64,000 bases of DNA. Source: the human T2T-CHM13v2.0 reference genome, Homo sapiens. The first letter of the stretch is position 1. Each line of letters starts with the position of its first letter. The notes under the pieces were generated by a model that worked only from the letters and a program-made list of their open reading frames with translations, had not been told where the DNA came from and ran no database searches. Shown here one piece after another: positions 1 to 13,400 of the stretch. The translations under genes were made by a program, and so were the position numbers. The DNA is taken from the NCBI RefSeq assembly GCF_009914755.1, contig NC_060942.1. The stretch is one strand, 5' to 3'.

Positions 1-893
1 ATCTCGATTAAGGAATAAAAATGCTTAATAAATAGGTTATTCCAGAACAAGTGGGCACTACTGCTAATTAGACCAAACTAATCTTAGGGCTTTCCATCCA
101 TTAATCTGAGCTGGTACAGTAAAATTAATTATGAAGCTGAGTTTAAAAGCCATAAATGACTAGATTATAATTCTGACAAGCATAGTACTTAATGATGTAA
201 CAATTATGCATTGTGTCTGTGTTGCTTGGAAAATCTTTGCCTGACTACACACTGTTGAGGACATATTATCATCTAGACAAAGGTTGACGATACAAAAGAT
301 TTATTTTAATCTGACTGATAGCATCATCTTAAATGTATGGGAAGTTGAGCTCTCAGAGATAGTTACTTCTGCCTGAAACCCTGTTCTTCTGTGGCAGCAT
401 CTATTGTATTGACAATTCAGGAAAATTTTATATCATTACTGATTTATATGGAATATTTTACCAGAAAGAGAGTGTGATTTTCGTTTGACTATTTCTAATA
501 TTTTCCAGAATTTAGTTTTACAATAAAGTTTAGATATCAAAATCTGTAAAGGAAAAATTATACATAAAATGTACCAATTTTCTCTCTTTTAAAATGTGCA
601 TATGACCGATTTGAACCTTCAAAACTCACTGGAAAGCATATGAAAAATAAAACGTTCAGTTGATGTCATTTAAATTAGTATATTGAGAAAATTATTGCTA
701 TTGTTCTCCAAGACACAATTTGGCAAAATACTAAATTAGCAAGTAGAGATAGATAGAATGCACCACTTTTTACGTTTACCCTTCTCATGTTTAAGATCAA
801 TTAATTTTTCCTGAAATAATTGCAGTTTCAGCATCTAATATATTATCTCACCTGTTGTTCATATTTTATTTACTCCTTATTTGAAAATAATGA

Positions 894-1196
<303 letters not shown>

Positions 1197-1399
1197 GAAA
1201 ATAATGAATTACATTTTATTTACTTTTTGCTATTTTTTGTTGTATTTTTCATTTAGGACTAAGTTTTTTCCAGTAAGAGTCAGTATGATGAAGGGAGTGA
1301 AGACCTAGAGTACCCCAAGTATGAGTGTGATAGAGAAAATGATTGTTGTTCCTGTTTCTACTCAATTTTTAAAATCTATTATGATCACTGATGTCTAAC

Positions 1400-2042
1400 C
1401 TCCTTGTCTCTCAGTTTGATAGGAATCTTCTAGTACTCACTTTAATTGGCCTCTTAGTAATATCCAACATTTTAAAATTCTCATTCTTTGATATATTCTC
1501 CCCCGTACACATCACTTTCTTAAATTTCTTCTGACATCTTTGGTCATTCTTTAGCTCGTCTTTTGGAAATGTCCCTTTGTATATGGTCATTAAATGTTTG
1601 ACATACTCAAAGTTTATTCCCAGATCTGCTCTATTCTCATTTCATAATGTCTTTATAATGTATGGCATCCACATTGCTTCAATTTCTACCAGCATCTCAG
1701 CAACTGACATAATTCAACCACTAGTTTAGAACTTGTTGAACTAAACATTTCAATTCGGATTTCTCAAAGGTGCTTCAAACTTAGTGTGCTGAAAACTAAA
1801 TTTATTCATCCCCCCCAAAATCTGCAAAAGGAATCTTCATAGGAGTCATCCTTAACACATCCTTCTCCCACACCTTAAATCCTACATTCATTTCTAAATT
1901 TTTTCCTAATCTTTCTACTTACCTGGAACTTACCACCACCTTAATGCAAACTATTGTTCACGCTAAACTACATTAAAACAGTACCTTTCCAAGAGATTTG
2001 TCCATATTTATTCATTTTCCCTCTTTTCTTTTCTCTTTTCTT

Positions 2043-2073
<31 letters not shown>

Positions 2074-2935
2074 GAGGTGGAGTCTCCCTCTGTCGCCCAG
2101 GCTGGAGTGCAGTGGCACAATCTTGGCTCACTGCAATTTCCGCCTCCCAATCTCCGCCTCCCAGGTTCAAGTTATTCTCCTGCCTCAGCCTCCCGAGTAG
2201 CTGGGATTGCAGGTGCCCACCACCATGCCCGGCTACTTTTTGTATTTTTAGTAAAGACAGGGTTTCACCGTTGGCCAGGCTGGTCTCGAACTCCTGACCT
2301 GGGGTGATTCACCCCCACCTCGGCCTCCTAAAGTTCTGGGATTACAGGCGTGAGCCACCTTGCATGGCCCATTTTCCCACTTTTCAAACTCTATTACCGA
2401 CCACAGCTTACACTATTTTAATAAAGTTCAATAGTTATTAGGATAAATACCAATTTCCTTAACATGCTGCTCAAGGCACTATGTGAACTGGTCCCTATCC
2501 CATTAGCCTCATGCCTCATTTCACATCAGCCTTTCACTCACAGCTTGAAGTACCCTCATTTTTGTTCCTCATCATGCCACACATACACTCCCATGCCTGT
2601 GATAGTAACTCTCTGTTTTTACTCACTTTGCCTGGTTGAATGCCTTCTCATCCTACAGGTCCCATCTCAGTTCCTACTTTTGGTGGGCTTTTCTTGATCT
2701 TCCTGATTGGCTCAACTTCTCTAGCATGTGATTTCATGACACCCTAAACTTCTCCATAACACTTATTATAGGCACACTTTTATATGTATTTGTGTAATCA
2801 TTTAATTAATTTTGGGGAGGGTCACAAGCTCTTAGAAGCCAGAAACCCTGATACTATTTGCCAATGTTTTCTTCATGCCTTGCACACACCTGGCATCTGT
2901 TAGGTGTTCAATTATTCATTGATTGAATGACTGAC
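1400..2935 (+). mobile_element. L2 LINE 3' portion, interrupted by an Alu
   Basis: Pyrimidine-rich degenerate L2 body ending in an L2-type tail (TAGGTGTTCAATTATTCATTGATTGAATGACTGA). Boundaries approximate. Confidence 0.75.
2022..2369 (-). mobile_element. Alu SINE (AluS-like)
   Basis: Poly-T followed by antisense Alu body ending ...GGCC; TSD CATTTTCCC at 2013-2021 and 2370-2378. Confidence 0.97.
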
Positions 2936-3672
2936 TATGAGAAAATACAACAGTTAAAATACAGTCCAGAGAAGTATAATGCTAGAGAAAATGGGATGGC
3001 AGGCTGGCAGGAATAAATTAACCCAGAAAAAAAGAACAAAAGGATACTGGCCTCAGTGAGTAGAGATGATGAATTAATATCAAGTTTATCTTTATGTTAG
3101 TTTTAGTTATACTTGTGGTATTTACATAGGTAAAGACATATGTACTATAGTATACATTATATACAAAGAACTTAAGTAAACTGCTTAGTATATTGCATGT
3201 AAAATATACTTCATCAATAATGATTAATCCTGTTTTAAATATCCTTTGTCTTTTTAAAGCTACAAATTAAATATCTTCTCAAAATTCTTAGAAAATGTGA
3301 AAATTATGTCAGCTTTTTGGGCCTTAGAGTGAAGAGATATTGTAAGGAATATTAACTGCCAAATGATGTACAAATGATTTTCTCTTTCTTGGTTTTGGAA
3401 CTTTGGATAGCTGAGCTATAGTCATTGGTTTTCAGGGGGAAATTATAAATTTCTGTCTCAAAATAAACCTTATTCTAAGTAAGCTTCAGTATTAGCTGTG
3501 TGTTGTCACTGAGCACCAAGAAAATATTAAATATACGATCTCCGTTTATATTGTATATATACACATACTATGTCTCTTTAGAACTGCTTTCTAGTTTGTT
3601 GCTTTATAGGCAGAAACATAGTGTATTTCTACTTGTAAAGCCACATTTTCCTTCTTTCTCTTACTGTTAAGT

Positions 3673-3921
3673 TTTAATAAAAACAACAACAAAAAACCTT
3701 GAAGACAAAGGGAAAAAAAAAGAACAAAAACATTTGACTGATATTTAATTTAAAGAATTTAAAAATCATTTTAAATCTATTTGTTCTTCTTTGTACTACC
3801 ACGGTGCATAATGACAGTACTTGGAATTAATGTACATCCACGCACATTACAATAGGTATTCACTGTAACTTAGCAACAGCTAAGCATGGCTTCTTCAGCT
3901 TGTTGATTTCCATTGCTGGAC
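3673..3921 (-). other. Candidate minus-strand terminal exon (unidentified transcript)
   Basis: Acceptor-like ttttctatggcctctcag|GTCCAG at 3922/3921 in non-repetitive sequence; stops in all frames within about 60 nt; ATTAAA at 3744-3749 and 3673-3678 on the minus strand. No protein recognised. Confidence 0.22.
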
Positions 3922-4528
3922 CTGAGAGGCCATAGAAAATTCAATTTACTCTAAATTTCTTATGTTAGCAGTTAAATGTTAAGCTTCTGTTTACAGAAAG
4001 CTCTTCTGTGAATTGTCAGAATTCAGCAAGCTCTGTTCTACACAGCAGGAGGTGTTAGCCATTTTCTTTTTGGGAGAGGGTAGTAGAAAAAAACTTTTCT
4101 CTATCTCTTCTCCTTTCCCCATGTGTTTTCCTGTTTAACCATGATCATTCCAAAATAGAAAGAGCAGAAGTGCATCAACTCATAGTACTTAGAATAGACC
4201 TTTAGTGCATAAAATGTTCATAATTCTACATGAGAAAAATATAAAGAAAAGCCCTTTTACTGTGTCTCAGTAAAACAGAAGCTGAGTTATAAAAATTTTA
4301 GGTCAACATTAGTACCCTTTGCCCTTGGACAATTGATAGGCCCCATATTTGCAAATGTATTTATTTTACGGGGTGGAAGGAGCATCTGGGAGATACACAA
4401 CATTTTCCATTTTTATTTTACTAATACATTTAATTCATATAAGCATATACTAAAACAAAAGAAATATTTACACACACAAACACACACACAAAATTGGGAG
4501 ATGATTAAATTCAAAATATAATAAGATA

Positions 4529-4963
4529 TGTCAAACTAAAGGAAAAAACTGAGTCAAAATTAATATAAGTAGAGATTTTACTTGGACCAAGTTTGAGGAT
4601 TATAACTCAGAAGCACATATTCAAGTTGTCCTGAATATACACTCAGAGTAGCAGTTTCAAGTAGGTTTTTAAAGAAAAAGAAGAGGCAGTTCCTAAGTTA
4701 TTTACCAATAATTTACACTAAAATAACATCAACTATTGATTGGCTATACAATGCTTTTTGTATTGTAAGTTTAGAACATAAAGACAACGGGTGAGGCAGC
4801 TAGTCAGGAACAAATGCATTTAAACAATTGCCTCCAAGAAAATGACCCACGAAGTCATGGAGACTTTATGAGTTTGAAGTCGCATACTCATGTTTCTCTG
4901 GGCCTAATAAATTTTGCATACCGCACATAGCTCAAACTGCTCTAAACTATTTTTCTTTCCTCA
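4529..4963 (-). mobile_element. Solo LTR, ERV1 class (MER67-like)
   Basis: TG...CA termini; minus strand begins TGAGGAAAGAAAAATAGTTTAGAGCAGTTTGAGCTATGTGCGGTATGCAAAATTTATTAGGCCCAGAG, resembling the MER67 consensus as recalled. TSD not clear. Confidence 0.7.
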
Positions 4964-5089
4964 TATCCTTTAAATTGAATATGTTTAGTTTGAAAATAAA
5001 CCTCATTCTTTGTTATATTTCACTCCACACCAATAGTAATCTGTGACCCTGAGTTGAGAAATTCCTACTGGAGGACATAGCTTTTACTT

Positions 5090-5255
5090 TTAACAATTTT
5101 ATTGAGATAATTTAATGCACCATATTAAAGTGTACAATTCAATGGTTTTAGTGTTATCACAGAGCTACATAATCATAACCAAATTTCAATTTTAGAACAT
5201 TTGTGTCACTCCCAAAAGAAATCTGCTTCTAATTAATAGTCACTTCCTAATTCCC
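5090..5255 (-). mobile_element. Old L1M (L1MB/MC-like) 3' end fragment
   Basis: TTTATTGAGATAATT...AAAGTGTACAATTCAATGGTTTTAGT...TTTTAGAACATT...CCCAAAAGAAA is typical of an L1M 3' terminus read antisense. Confidence 0.75.
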
Positions 5256-5567
5256 TGAAGCCATTTGTTTATATTCTAGGGTTTCCAAACCTGGAGACTA
5301 GTTCCCTACCTTGGGAAGGTTTCTTTACATTCAGATTAAGGGTTGTTCTCTTTCTCTTCAGACGGAAGTAGTAGATTTGTCAGCTGACCTACATAAATTC
5401 TGCGATTCCTAATTTTGCAATTCCTTTTTTATGCTACAAACATCAATGTACACACTGCTGATACCTGCATTCATGGTGTTGTCTCATGCGGAATCTAGGC
5501 ATGAAGAGACTAATGCAAGCTTTTCTATTAGCCATTAAAAGTCTGTCTCTAATCTAGGAGTCTCTTG

Positions 5568-5569
<2 letters not shown>

Positions 5570-5606
<37 letters not shown>
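5570..5606. repeat. (TG)n microsatellite
   Basis: About 18 TG units; a second (TC)n(TG)n tract lies at about 5726-5765. Confidence 0.95.
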
Positions 5607-5608
<2 letters not shown>

Positions 5609-5835
5609 TCCTCTAATTCTCTTTTTTTGCACTAAAATATTAGCTAATGTAACATTTTTTATTCCTTTAATGATTTCTGATTTCTAAGTTATATTCTTTT
5701 ATTTTGTTGATGTTCGCTCTAATGTTCTCTCTCTCTCTCTGCGTGTGTGTGTGTGTGTGTGTGTGAATTAACATGTTAGAATCTACTTCAGATTTATATC
5801 AACAACTTCAGTGTGCTATAGAAAATACACTTCTG

Positions 5836-5936
5836 AGCTGGGCACAATGGTGAGCAACTGTAATCCCAGCTACTCAGGAGGATGAGGAGGGAGGATCACA
5901 TGTGCCTAGGAGTTTGAGGCCAGTCTGGGCAAAATA
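5836..5936 (+). mobile_element. Alu monomer (FLAM/FAM-like)
   Basis: AGCTGGGCACAATGG...CTGTAATCCCAGCTACTCAGGAG...AGGAGTTTGAGGCCAGTCTGGGCAA; putative TSD AAAATACACTTC at 5822-5833 and 6027-6038. Confidence 0.85.
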
Positions 5937-6179
5937 AGAGAGGAAATAGAGCTACACAGAAGTGTATTTTTTTTCTATTTTTAAAGAAAAATTTCTTTAA
6001 TTTCTTAACATTTCTTAAAAAAACAAAAAATACACTTCCGTGTAGCTCTACTCCTTCTCTTCATTTTATGTTGTTCTTATTATCTTATTAGAAAAATATT
6101 AATGCCATACATGTTACATATTTAGATATTATAAATCCAGCAATGCATTGTCATAAATATTACTAGTATAGGTATATGT

Positions 6180-8775
6180 TTTTTGAAGAAGCTGAGGCGG
6201 AAAGAAGCTCAAATATATGTATTTATATATTTTCTTGTATTAGTAATCTTTTTATTCATCCTTTGTATTTCTGTTCATTTTTTTCATTTAGATTCATGTT
6301 TACCATCTGGTGTCAATTTTTTTCATTCCAGAAATCTTTGTTTCCATTTGTGCTATTCTTGTAAAATACATTCTATTTCTGTATGTTATAGACTCAAAAA
6401 TGCAATTATATGAATGTCATTTTGTAAAATTACATTTAAATAGGTTAAGAGCAGAAATGTGCAATTATAATGTGTTTATAATTACCTACATAATTACCTT
6501 TATTGAAACTCTTTGTTTCTTCTTGTTTATTTGTATTATTGTCTGGCATCACTGATTTTTCAGCCTGATAAATTTTTTAGCATTCTTCTTAAAATGGGTC
6601 TGGCAGCAACAAATTCTGTGAACGTTTGTTTATCTGAGAATACCTCTATTTTGCCTTTATTTTTGAAATGAAGTTTTGCTGACATAATATTCTTAGTTGA
6701 ACAGTTTTTTGAATTTGTTTTGCTTTAAGTTTTTAAATGCTTTGAATGTATTGTCTCACTGTCATCTAGTTTCCATTTTTCTTTTTTCTAATAGAGTCAA
6801 CGGTTTTCTTAGTGTTGTCTCATTGTATGTTATAAATTGTTTTTCTCCTGCTACCTTCAAGATCTTGGTTTTCAACATTCAGACTATGACAATCCGGGTG
6901 TGGACCTTCTTGTATCTATATCCAGATCTTACCTGAAGTTTGTTGAATATTTTGGTTATGGAGATATATGTTTTTTAAATCAAATTTCAGAAATTTCAGT
7001 TGTTATTTCTTTTTTTTTTCTGTTTCTCTCTTTCCTCTTTCTGGTACTCCCATTATGTGTATCAGTGTGCTTAATAGGGTTCTATATTCTCAGAGGCTAT
7101 GTTTATTTTTCTTTATTACTGTATTATCTTTATTCATTAGATTGCATTATTTCTATCAATCTATCTTCAGGTTTGCTGACTCTTTTGCTGGCTCAAATCT
7201 ACTATTAATACTCTCTGGTAAATTTTTCATTTGGTTTCTTTAACTTTGCAACTTCAGAAATTTTATTTTTTTAATAAATTCTATTTTTGTTTTATTCTCT
7301 CTCAGATGAAATTTGCCAGTGTATTTTCCCTTAATTATCTGAAACAATGGTTTTCTATAGATTTTTGAGTATGTTTATAGTTGCTGCTTTAAAATTATTG
7401 TCTGCCAAGTGCAATATCTGGCCAACTTAAATACAGTTTCAATCTCCTGTTTTTTTTCCCTGTAGATTGTTATACTTTCCTGTTTATGTTTAAGTCTTTG
7501 ATAACTTTGTAAGTTAGATAATATATTGTAGCAACTCTGAGTAGTGATCTTTTTGTCTCCCCACAAGGCTTATTATAGTTGTTCGGTTATTAATTTTTTA
7601 GTGACTTGGCTGGACTGGTTCAGTTATTTTTCCCCAGTTATGGGTATCCACTGATTTCACTCCTTAGAGGACATATTTATGTCCCCAAACCTCCTGAACA
7701 TGAAAGGTGATTGTTGTTTTAGCTTTGATCTGTTTGGCTATCTCTTTTCTCTCTTTTCTTAATGAGATTCTTGCTGGTCTATTGATATTACATTCAGCTG
7801 TTAGCCTCCACTAATTGCTAGCTAATAACTTGTTTTTTTCCCATACGGTAGTGCACATTTTACTCCATGTTCTGATTCAATTGAAGTTACTCTCCTTGGC
7901 CAATGCAGGGTACTGCCAGCCTTTGACACTTACTCTGAACCTCTTCTGAGTACAACATGTAGACTATGAAATAGGAGGTAAGTGTATGGGTAGCTTGTTT
8001 GCTTTTCATTGCAGCTCTAACTAGATTCTCCCTAGGAAGCTACAGCTATGTGTTTGTGTTGTTGAGGGTAGGAAATGAAACTGCCAATGGCTTCTAGCAA
8101 CTGCCCAGTAGGGATCTTCCACACTCTTAAGTTCAGAAGAATAATATCTGGCTATGTTTACTAAATATCAGTGCAGACCAGAATTTACCCAGCATAGCAC
8201 TTTTTCTCTGAGACTGAAGGAGATGAGCATGGCTACTTGACTGCCAAGCCCACCAGAGCCATTGTCTTACAGCAGAGTTGTGTGCAAAAGGGACACTGCT
8301 CTGCTCTCTTCTTGAGCTGTTCTGCCAAGATTCTTACTAGGTAGAGGAAGATGGAAGTCAGGAGAAATAATGCCTCCTGACTATAGCCAGGCTTGACATG
8401 AGCTTTCCATAGCATGGAACTATGGAAAATGAGATCTGTTGATGTTCATCAGCAGCTGAAACTACTTGGAATAGTTCTTTCAACCCACGTAACTGGGAGA
8501 CATGGACATTTCCACTTGTCTGCTGAGTTCTTTGAAACAGTATTTCTGCAAGACAGAGCTGTGGGAAGGGTACAGTCCATAGCTTAAATGCCACAGCTGC
8601 TTCTTACTGAGTTTTCACAGACGTGTTGAGTAAATGCTTCTCAATTTATCTAAGCCCTTTGATCCATTGTGAGACTTTATATGATTGTCTTCGCTAATTT
8701 CAACCAGCTTAATGAATATCTCTCTACAGGAGAGGTTTCTTTAAGGTTCTTACACTACCATTCCAGAAGGCCTTC
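6180..8775 (-). mobile_element. Old L1M (L1MC/MD-like): 5' UTR, ORF1 and inter-ORF remnant
   Basis: T-rich antisense L1 ORF1-type sequence (TTTGTTTATCTGAGAATACCTCTATTTTGCCTTTATTTTTGAAA...), followed by a more GC-rich 5' UTR ending near ACCATTCCAGAAG. Confidence 0.75.
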
Positions 8776-9654
8776 CTGGTCATACCTCCTTTTGAATGTC
8801 TTTTGCTAAATCATATTCCTATGCTTTTATCTGAAACTTACACATTTTTAAAAAGTCTTAGATAAAATTATTCTAGGTCCCCAAAAACTCAAATCAAAAA
8901 TCCATTAAAACTAATTAAAACATATACTTTTAATCCACTTTCTATCTTTAAGACTTTAAGCTGCATCTGTGTTATTGTTTTCTTAAAGCAAAATGCCAAA
9001 AAGAGGTACAAATAAATTTTACTTTATAAGCTAATTTATCTTAGTGCTTGGCAATTGATGTTAATACATTGTTGCTAAATATGATGTCAACAAGAAGTTT
9101 GCGTTAACTTATTTTACCCCTAAATTCCACAAAGTAAATAATATATTTGTTTTGGAAGTTTGAACAAATAAAATAAATTCTTGGGAAATTATTATTGAAG
9201 CAATTTTGACTTATGAATAATATTAATTAAAAATTTCATCTCATTGCAGTGAAGGTTTTACATTCTTGTTTGGAACTATAAGGAGAAAGTGAATGCAGTA
9301 TATTATTTAATTGGCCCAGTTTGTTATATATTTCTTTCAATATTAGCTTATGTTACACTGGGAAAAAAATTTTTTCTTTCTGTGAAAAGAAGAAATTTCC
9401 ACAAGTAAAGGTTTTAATTTAGTCACAATTTGCCTGTGTGTATGTGTGTTCTGTTTTGGAAATGACTATTTACAAAATCTAAATTCTTCAAATTTAAACA
9501 TTCCCTTTGCCTTACCATATCTTGTTATCTTGATCGATGTCACATAGAAAAAAATCTATATCATTTTTTTTCTCTCTTCACAAGCCAATTAAAGAGGTTG
9601 GAAGGAAGGAAGCTACCCAAAAGTCTTTTTCCATAACTTACTGAGGTAATTAAA

Positions 9655-9855
9655 TTTAATCTGGTTGTTCCTCCAAATTTTCTTGAACCTCTTCTCTGAT
9701 ATTCCTTTAAAATCAAAGAAGAAAAGAACAACATTTTTGTATGATTTATACTTTTTTAATCTGGTTGTTCCTCCAAATTTTCTTGAACCTCTTCTCTGAT
9801 ATTCCCTTAAAATCAAACAAGAAAAGAACAACATTTTTGTATGATTTATACTTTT
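9655..9855. repeat. 100-bp tandem duplication (2 copies)
   Basis: CTGGTTGTTCCTCCAAATTTTCTTGAACC starts at both 9661 and 9761; 2 mismatches between the copies. Confidence 0.97.
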
Positions 9856-10189
9856 CCATTTTGCGTAATTTTTTCAGGTAATTTGCATCTTACCGCCTAG
9901 TCAGTAGCCCATCTTGCCCTCTCTCTCATATCTTTCCTGACATGAAAAAGGGTAAGATAGGCTAGTGAGTAGGTGTTAAGTAAGATAATACGTTAGTAAG
10001 AGAGCTCAAACTCATAGTGTAGCAAAGAAGGTTTAAAAATTGCCTCAAGAAATTGTCCAAAAGTGAAAGGCATAAATCATACAAAAAGTTTGTCTGATTC
10101 CTATGTAAGAAATTAGAAATGAACAATGAAAGGAGAAACCAAGACATTTTCTTTACTGGGGTATTATACCAGTTGACTCACCAACCAAA

Positions 10190-10600
10190 AAACAACAAAA
10201 CACAATTTAATAGAAAAACAAAAGAAAACAGATTCTCGCAAATCATATAAAGTGTAATCAGAGTGGGAATTACTTAGAAATAAACACTATGAAAGCTTAA
10301 CTTAGAAATTCATGTGGGATTTAAGGAGAAAATTTATTAGGGAGAAAAAGCATCAATAAACTAGGCATTCAACTCAAGATGTTAAAAACAAACACACAAA
10401 ACATACAAGATGCTAGAAAACAAACATACAAAAAGAATGATATAAAGCCATCCTAAATACAAAGGTTTAATTTACATTAAAGTAAATATAGATTTTGAAA
10501 AGACTGATAAAATAGGCAAAACTTTGAAAACATGGTAGTAAAGAGAAAGTAGCAACAAGTGAACAAAAATAATATTATGAATGAGAAAGAAACCATAGTT
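10190..10600 (+). mobile_element. Old L1ME-like ORF2 fragment
   Basis: A-rich degenerate sequence resembling L1 ORF2 (CATTCAACTCAAGATGTTAAAA, TTTGAAAAGACTGATAAAATAGGCAAAACT). Confidence 0.55.
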
Positions 10601-10609
10601 ACGGGCCTT

Positions 10610-12600
10610 TAATAAGTCACTTAAGGAGCAAGTATTAAGCAACAACTGTGCACCAGACATTACTGTATGCTCTAGGATTATAGACATAACAAAACAGAAA
10701 AATAAAATCCCTCCCTTAGTGGAATTATCAAGCATGGAGAGAAAGACAATAGGCCAATAAGTAAGATGAATTATTAAACTATATATCAGACAGTAAGAAG
10801 TAGTATGGAGAAAAAGGTAGTAAGAAAGGCAGTTGCAAGTTTTTAGATAGAGTGGTAAGGAAAGATCTTCTTGAAAATTAAAATTGAGTAAAGATCGGAA
10901 GGACGAGCATGAGTAAAACATACACATATCTAGGGGAGTACATTTTAGGCAAATGAAACAGCTCCTTGAAGTAGTAGTATACTTATTGTGTTCAGGAAAA
11001 GCAGAGAGTCCTAGAGAGAAATTGAGCAGGGGATGGTAGGTAGTAGAAAATGATATGTGGAAGATTATGAAAGGTAAGGGATTTGAGAATGGGGGTTTCA
11101 AGAGCTTCATTTAGGATATGTTTCTATTGAAATGCCTATTAGTCCTCCAAATGTAAATTTTGTGAATATGCGTTTGGATGTAGTAGTTTGGAGTTCAGGA
11201 GAGATGATGTCTGTGCTGGAGACATTAATTCAGGATTCAATGGCATGTATATGGTATTGAGATTGCCAAAGGAGAAGGTGTAGGCAAATAGTCCTAAAGT
11301 CCTGGTCACTCCAACAAGTAGAAAAGGGTCAAAGAAAGGAATCACCCCTAATACATAATTAGCAGGAGTGACCAGTGTGTTAGGAGGAAAACTAAGTGAA
11401 TATGTTGCCTAGGAGGTCAAGTGAAGTTATATCCAATATAGCTGAGAGAAATGTCTCTTGGTTTTATATATTCTTGATACATATATAATTAGATGGCTCA
11501 AAATCATGAGAAAAACAGTGATAACACTTAACTGAGAGGGTCTTTGAAAAAACAAACAAAAACCCAACTTACAAACTTCCCTGAAATTTAGTTTTAGTTT
11601 CTTTAAAAAATTAAGAAAAATCTTTACAAAAGTGTGTGGTGATTGAGTAACAAAAATCTGATAGAAAAGGATTCAAATGAGAATTGAGGATAAAACTAGA
11701 AAACGATAATGTAAAGACAAATTTAAAAATATTTTTGCTATAAAATAAAGAAAAAAATGTGTTGGTACCTGGGGGGGTGATATTTACTCTAGATAGGATT
11801 TTTTTAAGGTAGCTAAAATAATACCATTTTTGTATGTTAATGGCAAGTATAGTCAGGCAGGGAATTGATACTGGAGGAGAGAGGGAGAATTTTTTAATAA
11901 CCTTAAATCGGTAAGAGGGACTGGGATCTAGGACACACAAGTAATCCATAATAACAGGATAAAAGATAGAGTCTGTAGGCTCAGAGGCAGATAAATGTAT
12001 AAATATAGTGATGGGAGGATGTAGAAGCTCCATTTTCATTGCATTTTCTATGAGAAATAAAAATAGAAGTCAGTCTCTACAAAAATTATGAATGTAGTAG
12101 AGACATAAATGAGAAGTGTGTAAGTATCAAAGGACTAAAGTGATAATGTAGTCTTGCCATGTCTACTTAAAGTGTCTGAGCAGAAATTTAGTATGCAAAT
12201 AACCAACAAAATTGTGTGTCTTTGTGCAGCCACATTCAACTTTGTGAGAGACAAAAAATAGTAAGTAAAAAGTAGAAATAACCGATGTTTGACTTACGTA
12301 AGTGAATAAAAGAGAGTAAAAAAGAGACAGTAGTGATACACAAAATACTTAATAATAATTGAGTATGGAAAATAAATTAGAAAAAATAATAAATAATTAT
12401 GTTAATGTAGTGAGATTCAGTGAAAATTTGGCAGATTCAACAGATTGAAGATGTTACAGGGTTGGATGATTTATGGATATAGAATACCAAAGGAAGAAAA
12501 TTGAAAATATAAAAAACCAGTAATTGGAGGGTAGAATGTTTGAAATTAAAATGATTAAAGCATTTTATTAATAGTTAATAATAAAGCAAAGGGCATCATA
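10610..12600 (-). mobile_element. L2 LINE, long fragment
   Basis: Begins with an antisense L2 tail (AAGTATTAAGCAACAACTGTGCACCAGACA...CTCTAGG); purine-rich body with L2 motifs (TTGAAATGCCTATTAG...CCAAATG, GAGTTCAGGAGAGA). Confidence 0.8.
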
Positions 12601-12829
12601 ATGGAAAAAATTTAGAAAATATAGAAGAGATACTAAATATAAGATAATGATACATACAATTTTAAAAATATATTTGTAAATATAGAAGTTGGTTGAATTT
12701 CTAAGAACACAAACACATGGATTCCAAAATATGGAAAACCTATATCATTAATTTCACTGAGAAATAAGTAATTGACAAGGTAATCAAAGATCAAAAAAGA
12801 AAAAGCCATGTCTTGAACATTTCATGTGT

Positions 12830-13400
12830 GTTTCTAACTAACCTTCAAAATAAATGTCCATCAATAGAGAATGGTTAAATACATTAAGGTATATCTATAC
12901 TAGAAACAATATTCAGCCATGAAAAGAATAAGGTAAGTTTGTATGACTCGAAATATAAACTAAAAAAAAAAAATGTTTTTTTTTCTTTTTTTTTTTTTAG
13001 TACACGTGGGCTCAGAGATAGGTAAGTGTAGAAATATAGTGGTGGGACTATGTAGAAATTCCATTTTGGTTACATTTTCTGAGAAATAAGAATATAAGTC
13101 AGTCTATCAGCAGAGTGTATGGATGAAGTAAAGACAGAAAATAATTGACTAGAATAGTAGAAATGTCAAAGGACTAAGGAGATAAAGTATGCTTGCCATG
13201 TCCACTTATACTCTCTGAACAATGCAATACAGTATAATTTGTTATTTTGTTTGTTTAAATAATATATAGATATAAGAATGGCTCTTTTAAGAGAATACAC
13301 AAACTAATGAAGTTAGATATTCTCTTCAGTATGAATTTAAAGTCAAGGATAAAAGAAGATTCATTTTTCAATGCAAACACCTCTGATTTTCTTTATGAAA
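12830..13400 (+). mobile_element. L1ME-like 3' fragment, interrupted by a local copy of L2 sequence
   Basis: AAATGTCCATCAATAGAGAATGGTTAAATACATTAAGGTATATCTATAC...CAGCCATGAAAAGAAT is an L1M 3' UTR motif. Confidence 0.6.

Noticed and set aside
10472-12039. 212-aa and 142-aa hydrophobic ORFs
   Set aside because: They lie in a decayed L2; the L/F/S-rich composition reflects pyrimidine bias and no domain is recognisable.
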